Part shown: one piece after another, positions 53,921 to 64,000 of the stretch
Layout of the letters: every line of letters begins with the position of its first letter
How positions within the stretch are numbered: position 1 is the first letter of the stretch
DNA from: a virus
Direction: 5' to 3' (one strand)
Virus record (IMG/VR): IMGVR_UViG_3300043137_000327
Location: 1-64,000 of that record
Length of the DNA: 64,000 nt
The notes under the pieces: model-generated
Told to the model about the DNA's origin: nothing
The model's input: the letters and a program-made list of their open reading frames with translations, nothing else
Database searches by the model: none
Position numbers and translations under genes: made by a program

Positions 53921-55615
53921 ATGATATCATTAGGTATTTCCGCATTTTACCACGATTCTGCGGTATGTTTATTTGAAGATGGGAAAGTTATATCGGCAAT
54001 AGAAGAAGAGAAGTTATCAGGCATAAAGCATGATAACTCTTTTCCATTACAAGCGATAAAATGGGTTTTGAGTAACTCTAATAAAACTATATCAGATGTA
54101 GATACTATATGCTGGTATGAAGAACCAAGTTTAAAATACGATAGAGTAAAGAATACTTTAGGTAAGTATTGGTGGAAGAATAGAAAGACTTGGAAAAAAT
54201 TCAAAGAAGAATTCGAATCAACCGAAGGTAATTTAAAAGATTATTTATCTAAGACAATAAATTTTAATGGTAATATACAATATGTAAAACATCATTATTC
54301 TCATTTAGCTTTTTCATATTACACTTCTCCATTTCACGACGCAGTTGGTATATCAATAGATGGTGTGGGTGAATGGGATACTGCATTAGCAGTTAGATGT
54401 AAAGATAATACATTTGAAGAAATAAATTCAATGAAATTTCCAAACTCATTGGGATTAGTATATTCTACAATTACTGCGTATTTAGGATTCAAACCAAACA
54501 ATGGTGAGTACAAAGTAATGGGGTTAGCACCATATGGCGACCCATCAAGATATAAACATATTTTTGATAAAATATTTAGATTCAATAAAAAAGGAGTAAT
54601 AGAAATAAATCAAAAGTATTTTACTTGGCAATATTCTAATACCGATATGTACACATATGATTTAGTAAAATTAATTGGTATAGAACCAAGAGAAGCTGAA
54701 TCAAATATAGAACAGCATCATATGGATTTAGCCGCATCTTTACAAAAGTGGTATGAAAGTTGTTTTTATTTCTTTGTTAATAATTGTATGCAAAATGCCG
54801 ACACTGCTAATTTAGTATTGGGTGGTGGTTCTGCTTATAATGGTACTGCTAATGGTAAAATAAAAAAACATACAGCCGTTACGGAGTTATGGATTCCATT
54901 TGCACCATCTGATGCCGGTTCGGCAATTGGAGCATGCTTATATCATTGGCATAACATATTGGGTAACCCTAAAGTAATAGGAGGTGATAATATTTCTCCA
55001 TATTTAGGACCTGAATGGGATAATAAAGAATTGATGGAAATCATATTAAAAGAACGAAAGAGTAATGTTACTAAATATGATAGTATTAAAATGCTTTGTA
55101 AGGATGTAGCAAACCTTATAAACGAAGGTAATATTATTGGTTGGTTTCAGGGCAGAACTGAATTTGGTGCAAGAGCATTGGGTAATCGTTCTATATTAGG
55201 TAATCCACATCTTTCAGATATTAGAGATAGAATTAATAAGGTTGTCAAAAAAAGAGAAATGTTTAGACCATTTGCTCCATCGGTAACATTTGAAGATTAT
55301 GATAAGTATTTTTCATCGGAAGGTGAAGTACCATATATGAATCAAGTTGTTAAAGTGACCGAATATAAATCAATTCCATCGGTAACTCACGTTGATAAAT
55401 CAGCAAGAATACAAACCGTTAGAAAAGAGATGAATCCTTTATATTACGACTTATTAAAAGAATTTGAAAAAGTGAGTGGTACACCAATACTTTTAAATAC
55501 TTCATTTAATTTAAGAGGACACACAATGACAAATGACCCTAAAAAAGCAATTTGGACTTTTTATAATTGTGACATGGATTATTTGGTATTGGGTAATTAT
55601 TTGATAAGTAAATAA
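53921..55615 (+). CDS. carbamoyltransferase (NodU/CmcH/TobZ family)
   Basis: 564-aa ORF. The N-terminus MISLGISAFYHDSAVCLFEDGKVISAIEEEKLSGIKHD closely parallels the family N-terminus (ILGI..HDSAA.L..DG.IVAA.EEER..R.KHD). The length is typical of the family. Confidence 0.75.
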   Translation: MISLGISAFYHDSAVCLFEDGKVISAIEEEKLSGIKHDNSFPLQAIKWVLSNSNKTISDVDTICWYEEPSLKYDRVKNTLGKYWWKNRKTWKKFKEEFESTEGNLKDYLSKTINFNGNIQYVKHHYSHLAFSYYTSPFHDAVGISIDGVGEWDTALAVRCKDNTFEEINSMKFPNSLGLVYSTITAYLGFKPNNGEYKVMGLAPYGDPSRYKHIFDKIFRFNKKGVIEINQKYFTWQYSNTDMYTYDLVKLIGIEPREAESNIEQHHMDLAASLQKWYESCFYFFVNNCMQNADTANLVLGGGSAYNGTANGKIKKHTAVTELWIPFAPSDAGSAIGACLYHWHNILGNPKVIGGDNISPYLGPEWDNKELMEIILKERKSNVTKYDSIKMLCKDVANLINEGNIIGWFQGRTEFGARALGNRSILGNPHLSDIRDRINKVVKKREMFRPFAPSVTFEDYDKYFSSEGEVPYMNQVVKVTEYKSIPSVTHVDKSARIQTVRKEMNPLYYDLLKEFEKVSGTPILLNTSFNLRGHTMTNDPKKAIWTFYNCDMDYLVLGNYLISK

Positions 55616-55638
55616 TTATTAGTATATAAACAAACAAT

Positions 55639-56043
55639 ATGAGCGCAGAATTTAAATTATTTGATGGTAAAAACTTATCATCATTATTCAAAGATATATA
55701 CGATAATCAGCAAGTAAAAAAGAAGAACATTTCTGAAATGATTGAATCTCTTCGTAAATTGATTAAGAATGTTGGTGAAGCAACTGTTCTTGCTCCAATT
55801 ATACGAGATTTGATTGATACATCAGTTAAAAATGATGACCATTTAATTAAACTTGCAACAATTGCACAAAGATTGGCATCTGCTGAAGCTAAGGGTATTG
55901 GCGAAGATGGCTGGTTAAGTGAAAGTGAAAAGAGTCAATTATTAACTGATTTAGAAGATACAGTTAATGAACTTGATAAAAAGAACGAAGAGAAAATAGT
56001 TGATATTCAAATAGAATTAGATGAATTAAAATCTAAAATATAA
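55639..56043 (+). CDS. hypothetical coiled-coil protein
   Basis: 134-aa ORF. Confidence 0.45.
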   Translation: MSAEFKLFDGKNLSSLFKDIYDNQQVKKKNISEMIESLRKLIKNVGEATVLAPIIRDLIDTSVKNDDHLIKLATIAQRLASAEAKGIGEDGWLSESEKSQLLTDLEDTVNELDKKNEEKIVDIQIELDELKSKI

Positions 56044-57275
56044 TGGATAATATAAAATCGTATTTAGTAACAGTAGATAAAGTATTTCCGATAGATGTTG
56101 AATTTAATCCACATGAATCCGGCGAAGATGCTGATTTTATATCCGTCTATAATAAAAACAAAGATTTTTCTGATAAAGATGCTAGACTATATGGTGCTAT
56201 AACATTTATATATCCGGATATGACTACTGAATATTATGCGTATCCATTCGATAAGAATAATTTTACAATGCCAATTAAAGGAGAAACTGTATTGGTGTTA
56301 GAAATAGATAAATCTAATATATTTTGGTTACCATATTCGGTAACACCATATTCTAATTATAGAAGAGATTATGTTACATACAAACAATTAAGTCCTACCG
56401 ATAATACAAAACCACAATCTTCAAATGAAGGTGGTAAAACTCTTAGAGAAACTAAGGATTCGGGAGGAACAACAAATGCACCCAATGTAGATACATCCAA
56501 ATCGAATTATAAAGTAAATGAAAAAATAAAATTCTTAAAACCAAAGCAAGGAGATACAATCATTTCTGGTAGAGTTGGTAATACATTGCGTTTTAGTGAA
56601 TTTCATTTAACCGAAGATGGTAAGACTTCATCTCCATCTATATTCATTCGCAACAAACAAAACCCAGAATTGGATTCCAAAAAAATCGGTGAGTTAGTAG
56701 AAGAAGATATCAACAAAGATGGTACATCTATTTATATAACTTCAAATAAAGTTAAAGTTCCATTTAACGAAGAGGTTAAGAAAGAAAAGAAAGCATTTAA
56801 AGATTATCCAAATTCTAAAGATTTAAGTGGAGACCAATTATTTGTAAATTCCGATAGAATCATATTATCAGCAAAAGCAAAAGAATTTATTATTTTTGGT
56901 AAAGGTAATACAGGTATAATAACCGATGGACAATATTCAGTAGATGCCGAAAAGGATATCCATTTACATACGAATAAAAATATAACTATTCAATCCGCTG
57001 GCTCAAATCAAATATTTTTAAATTCAGAAAATGGTAAAATATTTTTAGGTAAAAATAAAGGAGAAGGTGCAGCTGGAGCAGATGTACAAAAAATGGTATT
57101 AGGTGGTGAGTTAGTTAAATTAATGGGAGAACTCATAGATGAAATAACAAAGCAAATATATGCAACGCCAGTTGGACCAACTGCAGCCGGGCCTGTAAAT
57201 GTTGCGGCATTTAAAGCAATAAAGGGAAAGCTAAATACACTATTATCTGCTAAAAATTATTTAAGTAAATCATAA
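56043..57275 (+). CDS. putative virion/baseplate structural protein
   Basis: 410-aa ORF, first of a run of large co-directional genes ending in clear baseplate genes. Gly-rich C-terminal ...ATPVGPTAAGPVNVAA. Confidence 0.4.
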   Translation: MDNIKSYLVTVDKVFPIDVEFNPHESGEDADFISVYNKNKDFSDKDARLYGAITFIYPDMTTEYYAYPFDKNNFTMPIKGETVLVLEIDKSNIFWLPYSVTPYSNYRRDYVTYKQLSPTDNTKPQSSNEGGKTLRETKDSGGTTNAPNVDTSKSNYKVNEKIKFLKPKQGDTIISGRVGNTLRFSEFHLTEDGKTSSPSIFIRNKQNPELDSKKIGELVEEDINKDGTSIYITSNKVKVPFNEEVKKEKKAFKDYPNSKDLSGDQLFVNSDRIILSAKAKEFIIFGKGNTGIITDGQYSVDAEKDIHLHTNKNITIQSAGSNQIFLNSENGKIFLGKNKGEGAAGADVQKMVLGGELVKLMGELIDEITKQIYATPVGPTAAGPVNVAAFKAIKGKLNTLLSAKNYLSKS

Positions 57276-58507
57276 TGTCTTGGACACTATTCAAAGTAAA
57301 TGTTTTAAAGTCTATGGTATCCTTTCAATTTTCAAAGGATATGGATTCATTTGCTGATTTCTATGCAAACGAATATGATAGATGTATAAAAAGAGGCGGT
57401 GATATGATATATGGTGTTCCTGTTATGAATGGGAATGTTAGTGGTATGGCTGACGTGATTAAGAGAGCACTAAAGAAAGGACAAGATTCGGATGGTGAGA
57501 ACTTCAATATATTACAAGAAATATATCCCGCTGCGTTTGATGCATATTGGTTGGGAGCAGAAATGGCTCCAATTCCAAATCCATTATTAAAACCATTAGG
57601 TTGGCAATCAACTCCACCTGCACCCGGTGCAATTATGAATATTGGACCAAATCCGATAATGTTAGCATCATCTGCGGCATTACATAAAGCCGAAGTAGAA
57701 GCTACAAAAGCATTGGAAGATAAGTTGAAATCGGTAACAATTAATATACCACCATTTGGTGAATTGAATGTTTATGAAACAATTCAAAAGATATTAAAAA
57801 AAGAACCCATTGATTCAAATATAATAAAACACCCAGCTATAAAAGCCGGAAAAAATATAATACAAAGAGTAAAAGAAGCAAAAAAGAAGAAACCATCAAT
57901 CGGTTCTCAATTGAAAAAAGCTATTAAGTTTCCATTTCCAGAATTACCAAAGAAAAAGGAAATCATAGAAAAAGCTAAACAAAAGTTATTAGATACTGCG
58001 GTAGAAGAGCTGAAGAAGCAATTAATAGATGTAATAGAAGAAACTATACTTTCTCCAATTACATCAGCAATACAATTAGCGGTTTCGATATCAAATAGCA
58101 TACCATCACCAAAACCAACTCCAGCTCAAATTAAAAAGTTTGTAAAGGATACAATAGATGGTGTTGTGCCTGATATAGATTTACCTGACATTTCTATACC
58201 AAAGATACCTACAAAGGAGGAATTTAAGAAAATGGTAGATGATGCTATACCAACTAAAGAAGAATTATTGGTAATGGCGTATGATTTAATTAAGGATAAA
58301 ATACCACAAATTCCTAATATATTTTTCATACCACCAACAATTAAATTTAGTTTTCAAACAAATATAATGCTTAATCCATTTGTTAATGTAGCTAAAACAC
58401 ATTTGATGGGAGTTAGTGGAATAATGTCTGTTATGGCACAATACCCACCACCTGCACCACCTGCGCCAGCTATACTAAATTGGACTGGTTATAAAATCAT
58501 AGGTTAA
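57275..58507 (+). CDS. putative virion structural protein (Pro-rich C-terminus)
   Basis: 410-aa ORF with ATGA overlap with the upstream gene. C-terminal QYPPPAPPAPAILNW. Confidence 0.4.
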   Translation: MSWTLFKVNVLKSMVSFQFSKDMDSFADFYANEYDRCIKRGGDMIYGVPVMNGNVSGMADVIKRALKKGQDSDGENFNILQEIYPAAFDAYWLGAEMAPIPNPLLKPLGWQSTPPAPGAIMNIGPNPIMLASSAALHKAEVEATKALEDKLKSVTINIPPFGELNVYETIQKILKKEPIDSNIIKHPAIKAGKNIIQRVKEAKKKKPSIGSQLKKAIKFPFPELPKKKEIIEKAKQKLLDTAVEELKKQLIDVIEETILSPITSAIQLAVSISNSIPSPKPTPAQIKKFVKDTIDGVVPDIDLPDISIPKIPTKEEFKKMVDDAIPTKEELLVMAYDLIKDKIPQIPNIFFIPPTIKFSFQTNIMLNPFVNVAKTHLMGVSGIMSVMAQYPPPAPPAPAILNWTGYKIIG

Positions 58508-58564
58508 TACATTAGTATTAAATTTATTCTTTCAATATTTATTATAAACATACACACAATTATT

Positions 58565-59071
58565 ATGGATTCAAAATTATTAGTAGGTCTAATTAAGGAA
58601 GTTGTTAAAAACGAAGTTAAACAACAAGTTAAAGAAGAATTGGCTAAATTAATTAAATCTGGTGCAATTACATTGAACTCACAAAGAAAAACAACATCTC
58701 CAACATTAAGAGAAATGGCGGAGGTAAATACTACTGCTCCTGTCAGAAAGCAACCAGTATCAGTACAACAAAGAACACAACAACCTCAAAGGGAATTTTC
58801 AAAAGACCCTATGATTAATGAGATTTTAAACATGACTCAACCATTTACATCGGAACAACGTAAGGAAGGTGCTCAAGCGATTGGAAGTGTATTGGATATG
58901 ATTAAGCCTGAATTGAGAGTTGATGAAAGCGAATGGGAAACTATGGATTTTAGAGATGTAAATGTACCAGCCGGTACACCAACTTTTGAATCAACGGGCG
59001 ATGGATTACAAGATGCTACAATAAAAGCATTGACAAGAGATTATTCAGAATTAGTAAAGAGATTTAAATAA
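58565..59071 (+). CDS. hypothetical protein (structural module)
   Basis: 168-aa ORF. Its stop overlaps the start of the gp25-like gene. Confidence 0.4.
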   Translation: MDSKLLVGLIKEVVKNEVKQQVKEELAKLIKSGAITLNSQRKTTSPTLREMAEVNTTAPVRKQPVSVQQRTQQPQREFSKDPMINEILNMTQPFTSEQRKEGAQAIGSVLDMIKPELRVDESEWETMDFRDVNVPAGTPTFESTGDGLQDATIKALTRDYSELVKRFK

Positions 59072-59502
59072 TGGCAATAGAGCTTGGTAAAGTTAATGTA
59101 ACCGATTTGGTTGATAACAACTATAAGGTATTGGGGATTGGGATAAATAGAAGTTCCGATTCGAATGGTATCTTTGCGGTAAACTATACTACCTTAGCTC
59201 AAGCTAAAGATAATTTAATCAATTTAATATTGACTAAAAAAGGAGAGAGATTGATGCAACCTGAATTTGGTTGTGATGTTTGGAAAGTGTTATTTGAACC
59301 AATGATGGATATTGAAATGGCATTGGAAAACTCAATAACAAGCGCAGTTTCTATTTGGTTACCATATTTAAATATCAATGAAATAATATTCGATTACGAT
59401 GATAATGATACCGATAATAATCGTATAGCATTGGATATAAAATTTTCATTGGCATCTAATCCTAATTTAATGGAATCGGTACAAATAAATGTAAATAATT
59501 AA
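59071..59502 (+). CDS. baseplate wedge protein, T4 gp25 / P2 gpW family
   Basis: 143 aa. NLINLILTKKGERLMQPEFGCDVWKVLFEPM aligns with T4 gp25 SLLGIITTRKGSRPFDPEFGCDLSDQLFENM (shared PEFGCD core). Confidence 0.8.
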   Translation: MAIELGKVNVTDLVDNNYKVLGIGINRSSDSNGIFAVNYTTLAQAKDNLINLILTKKGERLMQPEFGCDVWKVLFEPMMDIEMALENSITSAVSIWLPYLNINEIIFDYDDNDTDNNRIALDIKFSLASNPNLMESVQINVNN

Positions 59503-59504
59503 TA

Positions 59505-61523
59505 ATGGCAATAAACCCTATTAAAAAAACTTTTGGAACTAATAGAACTTTAAACTATTTGGGTAAGGATTTTGATTCTTTCAAAAAAAATCTTATCGAT
59601 TATACTAAAACGTATTTTCCAAATGCATATTCTGATTTTAATGAATCATCTCCAGGTATGGTATTCATTGAACAGGCAGCAGCATTGGGAGATGTTCTTG
59701 CATTTTATCAGGATACTCAATTAAAAGAATCAATGTTGGCACATGCTACCGAACGTAAAAACGTTTTAGCATTAGCACAATCTATGGGGTATAAACCAAA
59801 AATTACATCTCCAGCCATTACAACGGTAACCATATATCAATTAGTTCCATCAAAAGGAGCACCTAATTATGAGCCGGATTCATCATATTATCTTAAAATA
59901 AAAGATGGTATGGAAATTGAATCATCTACAAATAGTTCGATAACATTTATAACAATTTCTGGAGTAGACTTTGCAAATGAAACAGATAGAGATATAGATG
60001 TATATGAGAGAGATACAAATGGTGTACCATTACAATATTTAATTAGTAAAAAAACAAAAGCCATTTCGGCAAGAGAAGTAACAACCACTCTTTCATTTGG
60101 TTCATATGAAGAATATCCTGTTACGAATTTGGATGATACGGATATTATACAAATAACAAATGTAACATCAACCGATGGTACAAAGTGGTATGAAGTTCCG
60201 TATTTAGGACAAGAAACTGTATTTGTAGAGCAACCCAATACTGATGCAAATGGTGGCGATTTAAACAATTCAGTATCAGTTCCATATATTTTAGAAGTTA
60301 AAAAAGTACCACATAGATTTTCTACAAAAGTAAATTCCGATAACACTATTTCATTACAATTTGGTAGTGGTGATGTTACTATGGATGATGAAACCATTTT
60401 GCCAAATCCTAAAAATGTAGGATTAGGATTAGCCAATTCCATAAATAGATTAAACCAAGGAATAGATGCATCTAACTTTTTAAAAACTAATACATTTGGA
60501 GTAGTACCAACTAACACAAATCTAATTGTAAAATATTTAGTGGGTGGTGGAGTAGCATCTAATGTAAACCAAGGTGATTTGGTTTCAATTCGTAAAATAG
60601 AATTTGAAGAAGATTTACTATCATTTAATACCGATGATGAACGTAATCTTTATAATACAATAAAAGGAACTGTTGCCGTTGAAAATTTAGAAGCAGCTGT
60701 TGGTGGAAGAGGTGCTGAATCGGTTGAAGAAATCAGACAAAATGCCTTAGCAATGTTTGGTTCTCAAAATAGAGCAGTAACTAAGCAAGATTATATGGTA
60801 CGAGCATTATCTATGTCAGAACGATATGGTAGTGTTGCCAAAGTATATGTTTCTCCCGATGGAGAAATTGATAATAATTCTCCTGCATCTATATTGGCTT
60901 CTCCAAATAATATTTCAGAATTTGTTGGAATAGTTGAAGGATTGAAAGATAAATCTAAATCAGAAATACAAACTGAATTAGTAAAATATTTAACACAAAA
61001 GAAAACAGCTATTGCTGAAGTAAACAACCCATTTGCAATCAATATGTATGTATTGGGATACGATGGTAATAAAAAATTAACTCAACTTAATGAAGCAATT
61101 AAGCAAAATCTAAAAACTTATTTAGGAGAGTATCGAATGATGACTGATGCAGTTAATCTAATCGATGGTTTCATTGTAAATATAGGATTAGATTTTGAAA
61201 TTATATGTTATTCTAATTATAACAAAAGAGAAGTAGTTACTAATTGTTTATCACAATTGCAAGATTATTTTAATATAGATAATTGGACATTTAATAAGCC
61301 AATAAACATTTCAGAAATAGAATTGATATTAGCAAATGTGGATGGGGTAATGAGTGTACCATCTATTAAAATAACTAATCTATGTGGAGATGCTGGAAAC
61401 TATTCTCCTAATAGATATAATATAGAACAAGCAACAAAAGGAAAGATTGTCTACCCTTCCTTAGACCCTTGTATCTTTGAAGTAAAATATCCTAACAAAG
61501 ACATAAAAGGAAGAGCTTTATAA
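59505..61523 (+). CDS. putative baseplate wedge protein (gp6/J-like), assigned by synteny
   Basis: 672-aa ORF directly after the gp25/W homolog, as in P2 (W-J) and Mu. The size is similar to T4 gp6. No motif verified. Confidence 0.4.
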   Translation: MAINPIKKTFGTNRTLNYLGKDFDSFKKNLIDYTKTYFPNAYSDFNESSPGMVFIEQAAALGDVLAFYQDTQLKESMLAHATERKNVLALAQSMGYKPKITSPAITTVTIYQLVPSKGAPNYEPDSSYYLKIKDGMEIESSTNSSITFITISGVDFANETDRDIDVYERDTNGVPLQYLISKKTKAISAREVTTTLSFGSYEEYPVTNLDDTDIIQITNVTSTDGTKWYEVPYLGQETVFVEQPNTDANGGDLNNSVSVPYILEVKKVPHRFSTKVNSDNTISLQFGSGDVTMDDETILPNPKNVGLGLANSINRLNQGIDASNFLKTNTFGVVPTNTNLIVKYLVGGGVASNVNQGDLVSIRKIEFEEDLLSFNTDDERNLYNTIKGTVAVENLEAAVGGRGAESVEEIRQNALAMFGSQNRAVTKQDYMVRALSMSERYGSVAKVYVSPDGEIDNNSPASILASPNNISEFVGIVEGLKDKSKSEIQTELVKYLTQKKTAIAEVNNPFAINMYVLGYDGNKKLTQLNEAIKQNLKTYLGEYRMMTDAVNLIDGFIVNIGLDFEIICYSNYNKREVVTNCLSQLQDYFNIDNWTFNKPINISEIELILANVDGVMSVPSIKITNLCGDAGNYSPNRYNIEQATKGKIVYPSLDPCIFEVKYPNKDIKGRAL

Positions 61524-61524
61524 T

Positions 61525-62589
61525 ATGCATAAATTTTTCACATCATCGTATGATAGTAGTATCTACCTACAACAACCCGAACAAAACGCTGGTAGGGATG
61601 AAATATTGGAGGTTGGTAAACTTTATTATGGGTCTAACAAAGATATAGCTAGAACTCTAATAAAATTTAATGTAGCCAATATGGTAATACCATCTGGCTC
61701 TATTGTTTATTTAAATCTAAAATCATCTCAAGCGGAAGAAATACCATTGGAATATACAATCCATGCTAATGCCATTTCTCAAAGTTGGACGATGGGGACG
61801 GGTACTAAATTTGATAATATAACATCCGATGGAGTTAGTTGGAAATATAGAAATGGATTAGATAGTTGGCAAGATAATACAATAGGAGGTACAGCAGTAT
61901 ATACGGCCGGAACTACCGGCTCTGCAAATGCAGAAGGTGGTACATGGTACACTGCTTCACAATCATCACAATCTTATAATTACGAAGATGCTGATATCCG
62001 AATGGATGTAACGAATATTGTTAATTTATGGTTAAGTGGTTCTATACCAAATAACGGATTTATTGTACATCATAGTTTAGAAAATGAAGAAAACGCATTA
62101 GATTATGGTGTATTGAAATTCTTTTCTAAAGAAACTAATACAATATATGAACCAAAATTAGAAGTAGTTTGGAATGATAGTTTATTTTCAACGGGAAGTT
62201 TAACACCAACAACGGGTTCAGCAGAAGAAGGATATAAAGTAGTTTTAACTAATTTAAAATCAAAGTATCCTGCAAATGAAACTATAAAAGTAAGAGTGAA
62301 GGCTAGAGATATGTATCCATTGAAATCATTTGGTACAACGTTTGAATACGACCATATTAAATACTTACCATCGGGGTCATCTTACTATCAATTAGAAGAT
62401 TATAAAACCGGAGAAGTAATATATCCATTTGGCGAATATACAAAAATAAGTTGTGATTCAACATCAAATTATTTCAATATGAGTTTAAACTCATTACCGA
62501 TTAATAGAACTTACAAATTAAAAATTAAAATTATCGAAAATAGTATTGCAACTATCATAGATGATAAATTAATTTTTGAAATAGAATAA
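61525..62589 (+). CDS. putative baseplate/tail-fibre-associated protein (gpI position)
   Basis: 354-aa ORF downstream of the J-like gene. Gly/Thr/Ser-rich. Confidence 0.35.
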   Translation: MHKFFTSSYDSSIYLQQPEQNAGRDEILEVGKLYYGSNKDIARTLIKFNVANMVIPSGSIVYLNLKSSQAEEIPLEYTIHANAISQSWTMGTGTKFDNITSDGVSWKYRNGLDSWQDNTIGGTAVYTAGTTGSANAEGGTWYTASQSSQSYNYEDADIRMDVTNIVNLWLSGSIPNNGFIVHHSLENEENALDYGVLKFFSKETNTIYEPKLEVVWNDSLFSTGSLTPTTGSAEEGYKVVLTNLKSKYPANETIKVRVKARDMYPLKSFGTTFEYDHIKYLPSGSSYYQLEDYKTGEVIYPFGEYTKISCDSTSNYFNMSLNSLPINRTYKLKIKIIENSIATIIDDKLIFEIE

Positions 62590-62590
62590 A

Positions 62591-63730
62591 ATGACAACAT
62601 TAGAGGCGATTGCACAAAAATTAGAAGAAAAGAGAAAATCGGATTTAGAATCAATATTATCTATATCCGGCTCTCAAGCTATTGCCAAAAATGAGTACGG
62701 GGTTACGGTGGTTAATGATAATAATATAGCATCATCTTTATTATTTAAAGAATTGGTTAAACCAAAATATGATGAAACGGAATTATTAAAAGCCATCGAT
62801 GTAAATGTAAAAGAGCTTAAACCTGATATTCCTACTCCAAATTTAAATTTAGTTCCTAAACCATTATACGATGAGGAAGTACTTCAAAATGAAGATTTAA
62901 GAAAGCAAGTAGCCGATTTAAATACGGAAGTATCTAACTTAAATGTAACTATATCAGATTTAGAATCGCAAGTTCAATCTGAAATAAATAATAGATTATC
63001 AATTGAACAAACTAATGATGCATTAGTAAATCAATTGAATACATTGGTACAAACTATTGATGATTTTGCTTTACAGATACAAAATTCACTACAAAAATCC
63101 GTAGAGGAAGGTATTCTTAGAGCTTCATTACAATCACAAAATACCGGGTTTAAAGCACAAATACAGGCATTAATTAAACAAATAGATTCATTGAACTCTA
63201 TCATAGAAGGATTACAATCTCAATTGGGAGCAGTTCAAAATCAGCAAGCTATTGTACAAGGAACGCAATCACAAGCTATGGCAGCTGGTGCGGATGTTGT
63301 AAATGATGTAGCTATTGTCAAATTGGAACAAAAGGAAGATGCAAACGCATTAGATTTATGGGCTAGATTTAGTGCAAAGGGCGATAATCAATGGAAAAAT
63401 GGAAAAGGTTTATCAATAACCAATAATGATAAACAGCCAATATCTGTATCAATCACAACCAAAAATCCAAATAATAGAGAATTTTACAAAATACCTACAA
63501 AGAGTTTTAATATTGAAGCCGGTGGACAGAAAGATGTGGAGTTTACATTAAACTTTGATGCAGTTGGCGATTTGGATTCTTATAAAAAAGGTGGCTGGTT
63601 CAATGGTTCAAGTCATTCAAAAGAATATAAAGATGGTTCGTTGAAAGTAACAATAACACGTTCCGATGGAACTGCTAAATCAAAAGAATATACCGCAGGT
63701 TTTGGAAAATATCACCCAGATTCATACTAA
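62591..63730 (+). CDS. putative tail fibre/coiled-coil structural protein
   Basis: 379-aa ORF. Central Q/L/I-rich coiled coil followed by a beta-rich C-terminal domain. Confidence 0.35.
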   Translation: MTTLEAIAQKLEEKRKSDLESILSISGSQAIAKNEYGVTVVNDNNIASSLLFKELVKPKYDETELLKAIDVNVKELKPDIPTPNLNLVPKPLYDEEVLQNEDLRKQVADLNTEVSNLNVTISDLESQVQSEINNRLSIEQTNDALVNQLNTLVQTIDDFALQIQNSLQKSVEEGILRASLQSQNTGFKAQIQALIKQIDSLNSIIEGLQSQLGAVQNQQAIVQGTQSQAMAAGADVVNDVAIVKLEQKEDANALDLWARFSAKGDNQWKNGKGLSITNNDKQPISVSITTKNPNNREFYKIPTKSFNIEAGGQKDVEFTLNFDAVGDLDSYKKGGWFNGSSHSKEYKDGSLKVTITRSDGTAKSKEYTAGFGKYHPDSY

Positions 63731-63736
63731 TAAATT

Positions 63737-64000
63737 ATGAGTATTAAAAAATATACAAACTTCGAATCAATTGATGTATTAGCATCAAATCAAGGGGAGT
63801 TCTTGCAAGAAAACGATAAATTTATAGTTAATCAAAATCAAATAGAAGATACTGATTTTGGTGATTGTAGACATGATGTGATGGAAGTATCGGTTTACGA
63901 TATCAATAACAATCTATTACCTCAAAAGAGTGGTAACAATGTTGCTTATATTAAAACGGGCGATATTAAAAACTATATGTACAACCTTACTAATAAAGGT
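63737..64000 (+). CDS. hypothetical protein (5' partial, continues beyond the window)
   Basis: ATG at 63737. The reading frame stays open to the end of the window. Confidence 0.4.
   Translation, partial: MSIKKYTNFESIDVLASNQGEFLQENDKFIVNQNQIEDTDFGDCRHDVMEVSVYDINNNLLPQKSGNNVAYIKTGDIKNYMYNLTNKG

Overview
This 64-kb window reads like a contiguous piece of a large, AT-rich, tRNA-rich dsDNA phage (or prophage) genome. Every convincing gene is on the + strand and genes are tightly packed, many with overlapping stop/start codons. Promoters recur with a TTTG-N19/20-TAnnTTTG architecture, the Bacteroidetes sigma-A type, which suggests a Bacteroidetes/Flavobacteriia host.

Layout, 5' to 3':
- 1-3451: a tRNA array of about 18 hand-folded tRNAs, interrupted by an RNase H-like ORF, a 3D-domain protein and an HNH endonuclease. 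One more tRNA (Ser-TGA) sits at 8143 and an atypical tRNA-like gene at 36074.
- 4179-7159: a split T4 Pnkp/Rnl-like RNA-repair module. It contains a HAD phosphatase, a metallophosphoesterase, a polynucleotide 5'-kinase and an Rnl2-like RNA ligase that carries an N-terminal tRNA-binding OB domain.
- 9772-13462: a CobT-like VWA protein paired with a CobS/MoxR-like AAA+ ATPase.
- 13836-15830: an SPFH/band-7 protein flanked by small membrane proteins.
- 16209-32180: many small hypothetical genes, including an FG-GAP repeat lipoprotein, an orphan GroEL at 22349 with no GroES, and a second metallophosphoesterase.
- 32181-33012: an 830-bp non-coding region. It holds two perfect DnaA-box 9-mers bracketing a GC-rich structured island, plus a promoter.
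- 38739-47694: a compact cluster of tailoring-type enzymes. It includes a tryptophan-halogenase-family flavoenzyme, two 2OG-Fe(II) oxygenases, sulfotransferase-like proteins, an SGNH hydrolase and Cys-rich proteins. A conserved TAATATAATG stop/start junction motif links its genes.
- 48183-55615: auxiliary enzymes. These are an HD hydrolase, an Hsp20, a UvdE endonuclease, an NMNAT-like nucleotidyltransferase, peptide deformylase, a sigma-factor-like protein and a carbamoyltransferase.
- 56043-64000: the start of a virion/baseplate module, with a clear T4 gp25-like wedge protein followed by a gp6/J-like protein.

Everything was done by eye from the sequence. tRNA folds, motif matches and coordinates should be confirmed with tRNAscan-SE/ARAGORN, HMM searches and RNA folding.
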